A DNA stretch of 32,759 bases from a virus (IMGVR_UViG_3300010883_000008:66668-99426); one strand, 5' to 3'. Numbered from the stretch's first letter, positions 1 through 9,347 are shown. The notes: generated from the letters alone by a model not told the origin. Numbers and translations: made by a program.

Positions 1-763
1 TCGTGAAGATTTGATCCGTGAAGTACTGCCGGTGGTGGTCAAGCTGATGGTATCGCCGGTTAATGTCCGCGACTACGTTATCGATGCTACGTTCTTGAAA
101 GCGATTCGAGACCTTCGTGTTGTAGCAGAACGTACAGGGGAAACTGCACCCTCGGGTGGTCGTGATGTAGTGCCACTCGTGTTCCATACCCAACGGGAAG
201 ATCTTCTTAGGATCAGCCAGAGGCATGATGTCCTCAAACTTCGCACCCAAGTTAACTACTCCGTGCTGACCTGTCTCGACCGCTTTAACGATCCCCGAGT
301 TTGGGGTCCCAGCTACAATCAGATCTAGCCCATAGCATAGGCCCATATCTAGCTGCCAGAACGTACCCACACCTACCGTGCGAATGCCCATCTTCTTGAA
401 CATGTCGGCCAGTCGTGCGGCGACTACCGGCATATCGTTGCACTTGGAGGGCATGAAAGTGTCATCGTTCGACAGTACTACTACGTCAGGTTCCATCGAC
501 AGAACTGACTCGACAATGGAGTAAAGCATCGCGTCACAGCGACCTTCGACAGCATTCTCCAGCAGATCCGTACGCTCCATCAGTTCCCGCCAAGACCAAT
601 ACCGGGTAGCTGTTGTGGCCTCCGAATTGTAGATCGCCGTGTCCCAACCCGCTTCCTCAAAGTACGCAGCGTAATACGCTAACTCGATAGGCACCTTGTT
701 GTTATGGCTACCTACGAGACTGTACAGAGGAGGTTTGACAAATACAATTTTCTTCGGGGTCAT
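1..763 (-). CDS. B12-binding domain radical SAM protein (C-terminal part runs off the window start)
   Basis: Not in the ORF track. Manual translation from ATG at 763 gives MTPKKIVFVKPP...IELAYYAAY...EPDVVVLS...TTRGCSFPCTFC...RSIDNVVADI...YFTDQIFT, open to position 1. It has a CxxxCxxC motif after an N-terminal Rossmann-like cobalamin-binding region. Confidence 0.85.
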   Translation of the reverse strand, partial: MTPKKIVFVKPPLYSLVGSHNNKVPIELAYYAAYFEEAGWDTAIYNSEATTATRYWSWRELMERTDLLENAVEGRCDAMLYSIVESVLSMEPDVVVLSNDDTFMPSKCNDMPVVAARLADMFKKMGIRTVGVGTFWQLDMGLCYGLDLIVAGTPNSGIVKAVETGQHGVVNLGAKFEDIMPLADPKKIFPLGMEHEWHYITTTRGCSFPCTFCYNTKVSNRFQERSIDNVVADINRRYHQLDHHRQYFTDQIFT

Positions 764-765
764 GG

Positions 766-1911
766 TCAATTATCCTTGAAGTATTCGCGGGTGGCGGTGA
801 TTACTCGGGTAACATCGTGGTTTGTTAGGAACTCGTGCATGGGTAGGCAAACATGATTCGCCGACCACTGTGCTGCCCCCGGGCAATCAACCCAGTTGAA
901 CCGATGCTTAAACGCGGGATGCCTATACACCGGGGAGGGGTATATCTTTCCCGAAAGTTGGATAGCGTGATCCTCCGCCAAGACGGTAGTGAAGTCATCC
1001 GCCCGAAAAGGTCCCCGCTTACTGGTTACGGGTAGCTTGTAGTAGTTACTCTTCCCGTAGTCAAAGAAGTGGAAATGCTCGGACAAAGTGTTCTGATATA
1101 TTTGAGCAATTTCTGCCCGCCTCTCAATGGCGTCGGGAACTGCCCGGATCGTAGCACATCCAATAGCGGCATCAATCTCAGAGAACCGACACGAATACCC
1201 AGGTACGTGACTCACCTGAGAATCCGCTCCGAATTGGGTAGACTTACCATGGCGAGCATACATCTCAGCATCCGCCACAGCCTCGTGGTGATATTGCGAA
1301 ACCAGAGCCCCGCCCTCCCCCGTGGTCATCGCCTTAGTAGCGAAGAACGAGAAGACTCCGAACCTCCCTAAGAGGCCCCCGTAATGCTCCGTTCCATCGG
1401 GGTCAGTACGTTGGGAACCGAAGCTATGTGCCGCGTCATCGATCAGAGCTACATTGTATTTATCGCAGATACTTTGAAGGACTGCGATATTACTGGGGAT
1501 TCGGCCCCCGTTACTCACCAAGTTAAAAGCTCGAACAAGCGTACATTTGCACAAACTTTCCAACTGCTCGGCGTCGGGGTCCATAGTGTCTGGGTCCACG
1601 TCAATGAACATGGGAATCATGCCTAGACGTTCAGCCGCGAATACGGGGGTGACATAGCCTGTAGCAAGGAAGACCATCACGTCTCCCGGGTGACATTTCA
1701 TAGCTCGAAAGAGACATTCTTGAGCAGAGGTGTTGCTACCGAAGAGGGCAGTGTACGAACCTTTAGTCCAAGACTGCAACATAGCCTTGAACTCAGGGAC
1801 ATACTTATTGTCAACCAGTCTCCCGGATTCCAAGACGTGCCGAACGTTATTTACAGCCTCGTCGATAACGCTGGGGGAGAATCCGACTTTTAAGCCGTGA
1901 ATAGGGTCCAT
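766..1911 (-). CDS. DegT/DnrJ/EryC1/StrS family PLP-dependent sugar aminotransferase
   Basis: IDDAAHS and SFFATKAMTTGEGG (catalytic Lys) motifs, C-terminal LPMH; GGAG SD. Confidence 0.92.
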   Translation of the reverse strand: MDPIHGLKVGFSPSVIDEAVNNVRHVLESGRLVDNKYVPEFKAMLQSWTKGSYTALFGSNTSAQECLFRAMKCHPGDVMVFLATGYVTPVFAAERLGMIPMFIDVDPDTMDPDAEQLESLCKCTLVRAFNLVSNGGRIPSNIAVLQSICDKYNVALIDDAAHSFGSQRTDPDGTEHYGGLLGRFGVFSFFATKAMTTGEGGALVSQYHHEAVADAEMYARHGKSTQFGADSQVSHVPGYSCRFSEIDAAIGCATIRAVPDAIERRAEIAQIYQNTLSEHFHFFDYGKSNYYKLPVTSKRGPFRADDFTTVLAEDHAIQLSGKIYPSPVYRHPAFKHRFNWVDCPGAAQWSANHVCLPMHEFLTNHDVTRVITATREYFKDN

Positions 1912-1930
1912 ATCTTACTCCAAGGTTCAG

Positions 1931-2863
1931 TTAAACAGGTAGTCTCCAAGGGACGATCAAGTCGGCTACGTTAGTGAAATCAATTACCTCCTGCAATCCG
2001 GTCTCCAGACCAACCTTGGCCGTGAATCCCGTAGCTTTGTGGAACTTCTGGTAGTTGACCTCATAATCACGGAAGTCCGGATCTTCCCCGGTCCCCTCAG
2101 CGATCAGCTTGTAGTTGTGCAATCGTTGCACTGTTTCAGCAAGGGCCAACTTAGTCAGGTTCATCCGTTCGTCGCCCACGTTGTAGGCTTCGCCCGAACA
2201 CGTCGTGTACTGAGCTAACGCCCGCACGTAAGCATCCACGGTATCTTCAATGTGCAGGAACGTACGTCTATCTGACCCACGATACAACACGATGTACTTG
2301 TCACGAACAGCCTTCCAACAAAAGTCGTTAGGCATCAGATCGTATCTCATACACGGGGACAAGCCAAACACAGTCGCAAACCGGAGACCCACGCCTCCAT
2401 ATGAGAGTACCGATTGCTCGGCCTCGAACTTAAATTTGCCGTACTCCGATTGCGGATTGGGAGTGGTGTCCTCCGTGCAGAGATCGTCAATCTGACCGTA
2501 AACAGATCCCGTAGAAGCGTATAATAGCGGAATGTCTTGGGCGTTGTGGCATGCTCGGATAACGTTCTGCGTACCTTCAACGATTATCTTGTGAGCCTCT
2601 ACCGGTTTACGGGCACAGATCGGAAAGCCGACCAGTGAGGCTAAGTGAAAAACTGCGTCATGTCCCAGTATGGCAGAGGACAAACTTGCGTCGTCCCGAA
2701 TGTCTCCCCGAATCAGCCGTGCCCCGGCCTTCTGTAAATACAGTGCGGGAGTGACTCCGTAGTCAAACGTGTCATAGACAGTAACTTCGTCTCCCCGAGC
2801 CAAGAGTCGACGTACTAAGCAGTTACCAATGTAGCCCGCTCCGCCTGTGACGAGAATTTTCAT
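1931..2863 (-). CDS. NAD-dependent NDP-sugar epimerase/dehydratase
   Basis: TGGAGYIG, HLASLVG, YASTGSVYG, YGKFK (YxxxK), LRFATVFG. Confidence 0.92.
   Translation of the reverse strand: MKILVTGGAGYIGNCLVRRLLARGDEVTVYDTFDYGVTPALYLQKAGARLIRGDIRDDASLSSAILGHDAVFHLASLVGFPICARKPVEAHKIIVEGTQNVIRACHNAQDIPLLYASTGSVYGQIDDLCTEDTTPNPQSEYGKFKFEAEQSVLSYGGVGLRFATVFGLSPCMRYDLMPNDFCWKAVRDKYIVLYRGSDRRTFLHIEDTVDAYVRALAQYTTCSGEAYNVGDERMNLTKLALAETVQRLHNYKLIAEGTGEDPDFRDYEVNYQKFHKATGFTAKVGLETGLQEVIDFTNVADLIVPWRLPV
2117..2131. repeat. Dispersed palindrome copy 1 (N3), GTGCAATCGTTGCAC, in CDS
   Basis: Read directly; encodes VQRLH on the minus strand. Confidence 0.7.
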
Positions 2864-3549
2864 AGCAGTCCCAAGTGTTCTGGTAAATCGTAGGTGTTTC
2901 CGGTCTTCAACTCCTCAGATTCTAACAGATCGTATAGGTCTTTGGCAACCTCCCCTGGTTCGCGAAACGGCATGGGGGCGTCTGTTCGCTTAGGGTTCCC
3001 GGGAGTATTCACCAGACCTGGGTAGATGGTTACGGCTTTCCGTCCCCGAGTACTGTGGGGTCGATCCGACTCGAACTGAGCGAAGGATCGGATGTACGAT
3101 TCCAGAGCCGCCTTACTAGCCGCGTATGCCGGGAAGTTTTTAGACCCTTTGGATATGAAACTGCCCAGTGCCCCGATGCGGCAATCCTCACTAATCTTGT
3201 TGGCAAACATCAGCCGCGAAATGAGGAAGGTATGACCTAAGAAGTTGGTCATCATGTGCTGGAGCATTTGCGAGTAGGTCCACTGGTTAGGTGGGTTGCC
3301 CCGCTGGTTCATTCCCGCACAAAGCCAGATGCGACTAAACCCGTTATGATTCTCGAAGTGATCGACCACGGGAAGACAGGCTTGAGGGTGGGCAAAGTCC
3401 GCAGGATACCACCGAAAATTGGGGTGGTCTAGAGCCTTATCCATCGTGCGGGAAAGTCCCACTACCACGTTCCCAGCGTCCAAGTTCTTTTCGACCAAAG
3501 CTCGACCGATACCCGAAGACGCACCTGTAACCAAAACCCACTGCATCAT
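2860..3549 (-). CDS. Classical SDR family oxidoreductase
   Basis: VTGASSGIG, CAG, YAASK, PGLVNT. Confidence 0.88.
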   Translation of the reverse strand: MMQWVLVTGASSGIGRALVEKNLDAGNVVVGLSRTMDKALDHPNFRWYPADFAHPQACLPVVDHFENHNGFSRIWLCAGMNQRGNPPNQWTYSQMLQHMMTNFLGHTFLISRLMFANKISEDCRIGALGSFISKGSKNFPAYAASKAALESYIRSFAQFESDRPHSTRGRKAVTIYPGLVNTPGNPKRTDAPMPFREPGEVAKDLYDLLESEELKTGNTYDLPEHLGLL

Positions 3550-4055
3550 GTGTAATCTCTTATCACTAATAGAGTTATGTGGTATTCGTTGTCACCCACT
3601 TGAACTTTAGTATTGCGGGTGATCTCCATAGCGGTTCGGATAAAGCGTTCGTCCTTGGGCTCTTTACAGATTAGAAAGATCCCCGGCTTCCGGTTGAGGC
3701 GTTGAGCATACAGACTAGCTTGCCCAACGGCCTCATAGAATTTACTGGCCCAGTCCACCTCAAAGGCGATCTCTTCCGTGACGATATCACATCGACGATT
3801 GTCGTCTCCCGTGGACACCTCAATCTTCCCGTTGAAGATCTTTGCCAAGTAGTCCCGGTAGTATGCCTCGTTCTTAGGACGGCCCCCAGTAGCACCTAAG
3901 GCGTTTTCATTCACCCTCAAGTGTACGTCCTGATCTACGTCCTGCATACTAGCCACGTGCCGAAAACGTAAAATGTACATTCCCAACAGCACTATGATAA
4001 GGAACGCTAGTACTAAAAGCAAGTGTGGATCTGGACCGTTCATCATATTCCCCAA
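3546..4055 (-). CDS. N-terminally membrane-anchored PD-(D/E)XK nuclease-like protein
   Basis: Hydrophobic LLLVLAFLIIVLLGMYIL, then E...RCDIVTEEIAFEVDWASKFYEAVGQASLYA, which resembles a restriction-like fold. Confidence 0.5.
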   Translation of the reverse strand: MGNMMNGPDPHLLLVLAFLIIVLLGMYILRFRHVASMQDVDQDVHLRVNENALGATGGRPKNEAYYRDYLAKIFNGKIEVSTGDDNRRCDIVTEEIAFEVDWASKFYEAVGQASLYAQRLNRKPGIFLICKEPKDERFIRTAMEITRNTKVQVGDNEYHITLLVIRDYT

Positions 4056-4660
4056 ACAGTAGAACTCGGGTCAGTATCTAACAAATGACGCTCAACGTTA
4101 CGAGTCACTTCGTCCTCAATATCGATGTCGTCTACTCGATACCGAAGCATTGAGAAGGTATCCCCGATCCGCTTCATCCCGTATTCTAGGTCCAAGCATT
4201 TTAGCAGCATCTTATACTGCAAGACCGCAGAATACCAAGGGCCGATCTCCGGTCGGAACAGTGCAACTGGTTGCACAAACAATACTCGGCACGCAGGTGC
4301 AAGCATCCCGAACTGCTCCAAGTATCGGTACATCATCATGGGGCCGTAAACTAGCTCGTGAGCCGCCCGACTAAAGTGCAGTTGATCCGAGAGTCGGGGG
4401 TCACTTTCCTCCGGATGGGGAGGTATAAACGTGATACTTTCCACGCGTTCTCCCGATTCCCAAAGCTCTTGGTTGTCGTTCACAACCCCTATTACGTCTG
4501 AGGCCGATCCGAAGTCTGTCCGACACCACTGGTATTTTCCGGTAGTTGTCATGTCCGTTCGAGGGACCTTACCTACCATGAAGACAGGTATCGCCTTTGA
4601 CTCCAGATAGTTAGCTACTGTGACAGCCATTCCTGGGCCACTGTTTCCGATAATATGCAT
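4043..4660 (-). CDS. Divergent Rossmann-fold/SDR-like protein
   Basis: N-terminal IIGNSGPG beta-alpha-beta and WCRTDF; no clear YxxxK. Confidence 0.35.
   Translation of the reverse strand: MHIIGNSGPGMAVTVANYLESKAIPVFMVGKVPRTDMTTTGKYQWCRTDFGSASDVIGVVNDNQELWESGERVESITFIPPHPEESDPRLSDQLHFSRAAHELVYGPMMMYRYLEQFGMLAPACRVLFVQPVALFRPEIGPWYSAVLQYKMLLKCLDLEYGMKRIGDTFSMLRYRVDDIDIEDEVTRNVERHLLDTDPSSTVWGI
4261..4276. repeat. Dispersed palindrome copy 2 (N4), GTGCAACTGGTTGCAC, in CDS
   Basis: Read directly; encodes VQPVAL. Confidence 0.85.
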
Positions 4661-4668
4661 GTGTACTC

Positions 4669-5616
4669 TTACTCAATCCAGTTGTCCAGATAAGCCCTCC
4701 GCATGTCGTCCACCGAAGTGCCTACAGTTTTAGTTAGTGCCCATGCTCGACAGTCGTCCAACACAGGCTTAATGTCCGTATAGAATTGTTCAGCTTGCCG
4801 GGGGGAGCAGAATTTCAACTCATCCCGCAGATGCAAGTACAGCTTCCAATAGGGGAACACTGAGGACGCCATGTCCCGCAGTAACCAGCCCTCACAATAG
4901 AAGGCAACTTCCCCTAACCATCGTCCTCCTCCATCCAACGATAATTTCTTGCAGGTCGCCGACATGGCTGCTGAGCCCGGTCTCGTATGGATATCGACGG
5001 ACTCATATGGCAAGAAGTCTTGAAACTTAGTAAGTGGCTTAATCTCGTTGACAAGGGGCTTCGTCTTACACCCTGAGTCGCACAGGAAATAGGGGAGAGC
5101 CAAACCAAAGCCTCCCCGGGTGTTTTTGGACATTTGCTCCGCAAGGTCAAGGGTCCACGATACATCCTCATCACCACGCACCAAATCCAGTTGAGCAAAT
5201 GCATCAACACCCTCCTTCGCAAACGCGATTAAAACTCGGGCAAAGTCGCCTTGCCCGTTGTTAGTCAATGTCGCAAAGGCTTCCCGGCGAAGTCCTGATT
5301 CACCGAGAAGCATTCCCGCATGTCCGGAATCTCGATTTTTGGGGCCTTCCGCCATCGCCCGAGTAATGTCAATCAACTGAGGTAACGTACTTAGAGGTTG
5401 CCGAAACATTTTGGCTACTTCAAAGTTAGTCCCGCAATCCTCCGCCATCCAAGTCCAGGCACGTTTTATCGCAGCCTTGGGGTCCGTCTGCCACGCAACT
5501 TTTGCGAAGTTTATAGCCCCCAGAACGTCAGATCTTCGTATGCACTTTTGTGCCGCCGAAATGCTGAGATAGTAGACATTCTTATCGGGTTCCGTAGTGA
5601 AAGGCTTTATGTCCAT
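4669..5616 (-). CDS. Protein with a RarA/MgsA-like helical domain, no P-loop
   Basis: SAAQKCIRRSD...DPKAAIKRAWTWMAEDCG resembles SAxxKSxRGSD...DP..IARRL...ASEDIG; no Walker A seen. Confidence 0.45.
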   Translation of the reverse strand: MDIKPFTTEPDKNVYYLSISAAQKCIRRSDVLGAINFAKVAWQTDPKAAIKRAWTWMAEDCGTNFEVAKMFRQPLSTLPQLIDITRAMAEGPKNRDSGHAGMLLGESGLRREAFATLTNNGQGDFARVLIAFAKEGVDAFAQLDLVRGDEDVSWTLDLAEQMSKNTRGGFGLALPYFLCDSGCKTKPLVNEIKPLTKFQDFLPYESVDIHTRPGSAAMSATCKKLSLDGGGRWLGEVAFYCEGWLLRDMASSVFPYWKLYLHLRDELKFCSPRQAEQFYTDIKPVLDDCRAWALTKTVGTSVDDMRRAYLDNWIE

Positions 5617-5650
5617 AGGTCAATTTTCCAGTTCAAGTAGTATAGCCGAG

Positions 5651-6076
5651 TTACTTGGAGATAGCCAGTCCTTCGCCTTCGTTCGGGACGATGATAGAGC
5701 TTTTGGCTTTCTCTTGAGCGTCGATGATTTGGTTCTCCATCGATCCCGCTCGGTGTTCCAGCAGCAATCCAGTAGTCTCCGCCAGAACTTTCTGACTGTC
5801 CAACGGGAATGACATCATCAGGGCTTGCAGGGTCGCCCTTAAGACGTGGTTGTCGTACTCTAATGAAAGGTTGTCGCTATGACAATTCATCAGTGCATTT
5901 ACGATCCACTGAGGATCAAGTTGCTTATCAGCAGTCATGCCAACTTTGAACTTACCCCGATACTTTTTCATCACGTCCAGAACCTTCATGGCCCCATCTT
6001 TGATTTCGGGTCGGTCAAAGAACGGAATATCCTCAGTCTCGTCAACTGGAGGGGAGGTGGATTCGTCCATTTTCAA
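5651..6076 (-). CDS. Hypothetical protein
   Basis: 141-aa ORF tiling between neighbours. Confidence 0.7.
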   Translation of the reverse strand: MKMDESTSPPVDETEDIPFFDRPEIKDGAMKVLDVMKKYRGKFKVGMTADKQLDPQWIVNALMNCHSDNLSLEYDNHVLRATLQALMMSFPLDSQKVLAETTGLLLEHRAGSMENQIIDAQEKAKSSIIVPNEGEGLAISK

Positions 6077-6533
6077 TCTCTCTTAGTATTTTGTGTTCCA
6101 TCTCAAGGGGTTCAAATTCGATTGGAGTGATGGGCTCCTCACAATCATCCCAACGTTTGTCAATCATAGCTACCATCGAAAGGTCCGTAAGGGCCTTCAT
6201 GGTGTGTCCTGTTCCAATGGGGAAACAGATGCAATCTCCCGGGCCGAGTATCTCAAACGGATACTGGGACTGTCGGGCCTCAACTCGCTGCAATTGAATA
6301 AGCCGAGGAACGTACTCAAAATAGACAACTTGTCCCGAAGTTACTAAGATCCATTCGACGAATTCCTTATGGTAATGGAATCCCCGCATTTCACCTTTGT
6401 TGGTTTGGATCAAGTTGAATTCTTTGATCGTACGTCCCGCCGTCTCCTTGGGTAATGCCCAAGTGAAGATTCCTCCCCGGTCATCCGCCAAAGTTCCGAG
6501 GTTGCAGAAGGGCTTAACCAGTTCCATCGACAT
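6042..6533 (-). CDS. Cupin, RmlC/FdtA-like NDP-sugar epimerase or isomerase
   Basis: DDRGG, RGFHYH..EWILVTSG, PIGTGH cupin motifs. Confidence 0.75.
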   Translation of the reverse strand: MSMELVKPFCNLGTLADDRGGIFTWALPKETAGRTIKEFNLIQTNKGEMRGFHYHKEFVEWILVTSGQVVYFEYVPRLIQLQRVEARQSQYPFEILGPGDCICFPIGTGHTMKALTDLSMVAMIDKRWDDCEEPITPIEFEPLEMEHKILREIENGRIHLPSS

Positions 6534-7407
6534 CGTAGCATTCCTTTTCTAACCATGCAAAGGTCTCCATGGACCGCAACACACGGTCTATCATTAGAGG
6601 CTTTTTGCGTTCAAAGTCCGTGATAGAGTGCCCATACATTGGATGCTCGTCAGGCCCCGTAAACGGCTTGTGGTGGCTGTGGTTTGTTTTTCGGGCGGTA
6701 GCACCCATCAACGGGCGGGACCATCCGGGAGCTTGATTAGGGCCTTTTCGGGTGCCCATGTATTGAGTGCATTGCTTGAAGGTTCGGGCGTTATCCGAGA
6801 ACTCCATCTCGTACCGTAGGCCAGGGCAGTCAAAGCCTGCATGGTAGATCCGGTCGTCCTTCCAGAAATCCCGAGCCGTATACTCCAAAGGTCCCGCCAA
6901 ATGACTCCCGAGCATGACCCCGTACCAAGCTATGTCCCAAGCCATTAGTTGGGTCCCGCCGCCTAAGGGTAGGTTCATCCACGACTTAGCATAGTGGACG
7001 CCTAATCGCACAAGGGATTCTCGCCGATCCATGTAGTTCATGCACTGGCAGGATACATCTAACCTTAACCCTTTGTTCTTAGCCATAGCGACCAAGTCCT
7101 TGACCCGATGTTCCGAGGTGGAGGGGGTCTTTTCCACCAGCACATTCTTCCCCGCGTCTAGACACGAATGCACGGTCAGAAAGTGTGATCTGGTAGGCGT
7201 GCAAATGTACACGTTCTCAACGGTAGGATCGTCCAACATGGTTTCTAGTGCAACCGTTTGCACAGATTTGTGGCTACCCACATATCGACCAAGTTCCAAC
7301 TCCCCCGGCGTGCGGGAGACATAGATGGTATCTCGGTCCTTGAAGTGCCGTAGCATCTTACGTTGGGCGAAACTTCCGGTTGGTGAAATGAATCCCCACT
7401 TACTCAT
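6514..7407 (-). CDS. Gfo/Idh/MocA family oxidoreductase (divergent C-terminus)
   Basis: LDDPTVENVYICTPTRSH...AGKNVLVEKTP. Confidence 0.75.
   Translation of the reverse strand: MSKWGFISPTGSFAQRKMLRHFKDRDTIYVSRTPGELELGRYVGSHKSVQTVALETMLDDPTVENVYICTPTRSHFLTVHSCLDAGKNVLVEKTPSTSEHRVKDLVAMAKNKGLRLDVSCQCMNYMDRRESLVRLGVHYAKSWMNLPLGGGTQLMAWDIAWYGVMLGSHLAGPLEYTARDFWKDDRIYHAGFDCPGLRYEMEFSDNARTFKQCTQYMGTRKGPNQAPGWSRPLMGATARKTNHSHHKPFTGPDEHPMYGHSITDFERKKPLMIDRVLRSMETFAWLEKECYDVDGTG
7248..7263. repeat. Dispersed palindrome copy 3 (N4), GTGCAACCGTTTGCAC, in CDS
   Basis: Read directly; encodes VQTVAL. Confidence 0.85.
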
Positions 7408-8011
7408 ATCCTAGTACCTCAAAATCCTTACTCATGATGTTACGTAATCCATGTGCTAAAACGGGATCATCTTCACAGTACTTGGCCCCCGGTTGGAGGT
7501 AGGTACTTCGGTTAAAATGATACACGTCTTCCGGCCAACCTTGAGTTCGTGCAAAATCGGCGTAGTCCTGAGCTAAGTTCTCCACCCGCAGGATTCGGGA
7601 AGCTACTTGTTGTCCATTAGCGGATACCACGTTACCCCACTGAGGGGTGAATAGGTGAGCCGGTGCGGGGCTTTCCGGGGAGAATTCGCAGGTAAACACT
7701 CCCCGAGGAGTACACCCTTCCGGGAGCCATCCCTTTTCCCGGCAGTAGTTCCAAGCACTAATGAACCGGCTATGGGGGTGTCTTGCGGAAGTGACAATTT
7801 CATGTCCCTTCAAGTCATCCAAATGCGGCCAAACTATGTCGGCCAACCAGGGATAATGTAGTACTACGACCTTAAACTCCCGCAAGGCCAGTTGCAACGT
7901 GTCCCACGAGGGTGTCATCTCGTCAAGGCGAACTATGGAGGTAGCATCATTCATACTGTTGAGTATGGAGATACTTCCCGCTTTATAGTTGCATAAGTAT
8001 ACTACCGACAC
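7400..8011 (-). CDS. Sulfotransferase family 2 protein
   Basis: YKAGSIS (5'-PSB-like), RHPHSRFISAW (3'-PB), RVENLAQD. Start revised to GTG 8011 (GGAG SD) to remove the overlap with thyX. Confidence 0.7.
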   Translation of the reverse strand: MSVVYLCNYKAGSISILNSMNDATSIVRLDEMTPSWDTLQLALREFKVVVLHYPWLADIVWPHLDDLKGHEIVTSARHPHSRFISAWNYCREKGWLPEGCTPRGVFTCEFSPESPAPAHLFTPQWGNVVSANGQQVASRILRVENLAQDYADFARTQGWPEDVYHFNRSTYLQPGAKYCEDDPVLAHGLRNIMSKDFEVLGYE

Positions 8012-8013
8012 GT

Positions 8014-8886
8014 CTAGTTCTCCGGGGCACACTCGTGCGGGAAAGTCTTTCGGTATTGTTGCCAACCGTGATAGGGACCACTGCGGAACCCCGTATACAT
8101 TGCTTGGGCGGGATGCTCGTGCGGGGACCAATGACCAAAGCCTGATCCCGTACACAGCCGATCAAACAATGTGAGGTCTTTATGCATATCCCGCACACCG
8201 TCTTGTGTGAGGTAACTTACCCGGGCACATCTCGCGGTAGATATCTTGCGTAGATCCCAGTCGGAGGACTCGGACAAGAGCTTCTTCTCCGAGGGCCAGA
8301 TGTAGGGTAAGTGCCACTCATCTTGGGCCAGAGCTTGCGGGGTACTCTCGTCAAGTAGGATGTTAGTTAGTTCCGCAAGTTCTTGGAAGTGAATCTCCGC
8401 ATCGGGATGCTTCCGCAAGCGGTGCCAATTCTCCCAGTTGGTAGCAGTCATTACTACCGTGATCCACATGAAAGGCTCAGTTAGCCGATTGATCAGGGAT
8501 TTATGAACACCTTGAACGTCCAGTTGGTTCGCCACATAAACGGCGTTATCTCGGGCCTGTAGCCAGTTAGCCCTGGCAAAGTCATGTTCTGTACCCTCAA
8601 GGTATTCAGAGGTTTGCATACCTTTCTGGGCCTTGCCGAATGCCACAGGGATGACCGGATCATTCAAGATCTGCTCCCGCATTTTCGGCCAGGGGATTGC
8701 CCGACTGGAAGCGGCGTTTCTCGCCCGGTCCCGGTGAGTCATAATCTCCGAGTGAATGAAGCGGGGATAGCGTAGCTCCATCGTGGTGATACGCTGTCCG
8801 GTGGGGTTGAGACTGTCAGCCACCAACTTAGCGGATATGCCCGAGGGCATCCTATGTTCGTCTAGGTATAGTTCGCTAGGGTCCAT
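8014..8886 (-). CDS. thyX: FAD-dependent thymidylate synthase, phage type
   Basis: RFIHSEIMTHRDRARNAASSRAIP fits the (R/T)HR-x7-S signature; W.N...LR.HPDA..HFQ; ARCARVSY; HWSPHEH. Confidence 0.85.
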   Translation of the reverse strand: MDPSELYLDEHRMPSGISAKLVADSLNPTGQRITTMELRYPRFIHSEIMTHRDRARNAASSRAIPWPKMREQILNDPVIPVAFGKAQKGMQTSEYLEGTEHDFARANWLQARDNAVYVANQLDVQGVHKSLINRLTEPFMWITVVMTATNWENWHRLRKHPDAEIHFQELAELTNILLDESTPQALAQDEWHLPYIWPSEKKLLSESSDWDLRKISTARCARVSYLTQDGVRDMHKDLTLFDRLCTGSGFGHWSPHEHPAQAMYTGFRSGPYHGWQQYRKTFPHECAPEN

Positions 8887-8896
8887 GTCAATCTTT

Positions 8897-9283
8897 CTAA
8901 AGTAAGCGTTTGCCCGTCACTTTGTCGATTTTGTCGGCCCGTTCTTGGGCTTGTTCGTTAGAGTACACCCCCGCAGTGTACCGCTCCTTGAGTTTTGTTT
9001 GGTTCTGGACGAGGGTCTCAACCCGGGTGATCCCGCAGTTAGATCGAATGCCCTCCATGTAGAATTCAAGATCCCCGAGTTCTTCGACGACATTATGGTG
9101 ATTGAGTTCTTTACCATAAATGACGTGCTTTTTGATCGCGTCAAGCAGTTCCCCCGCCTCACCCGCGACCCCTGTAGCCATATGCCACAAGTCAGCCATT
9201 TCGGGGCTCAGGGAGTCAACGATGTCCCGTCCGTCTTTACGTAGGACGCGGACCATTTCAGCTTGCTTCTCTTCTATCGTCAT
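8897..9283 (-). CDS. MazG-like nucleoside triphosphate pyrophosphohydrolase
   Basis: GVAGEAGELLDAIKK...EELGDLEFY...NQTKLKERY. Confidence 0.88.
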   Translation of the reverse strand: MTIEEKQAEMVRVLRKDGRDIVDSLSPEMADLWHMATGVAGEAGELLDAIKKHVIYGKELNHHNVVEELGDLEFYMEGIRSNCGITRVETLVQNQTKLKERYTAGVYSNEQAQERADKIDKVTGKRLL

Positions 9284-9295
9284 GTAAGGTTCTCC

Positions 9296-9340
9296 AAAAA
9301 TATCCCGCCGTGGTCCCTATCCCTAGAGACAGACAGCGGG
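9296..9340 (-). terminator. Intrinsic terminator after the csrA-like gene
   Basis: RNA CCCGCUGU-cu-GUCUCUA-GGGA-UAGGGAC-c-ACGGCGGG-AUAUUUUU. Confidence 0.75.
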
Positions 9341-9347
9341 CTTTAAG

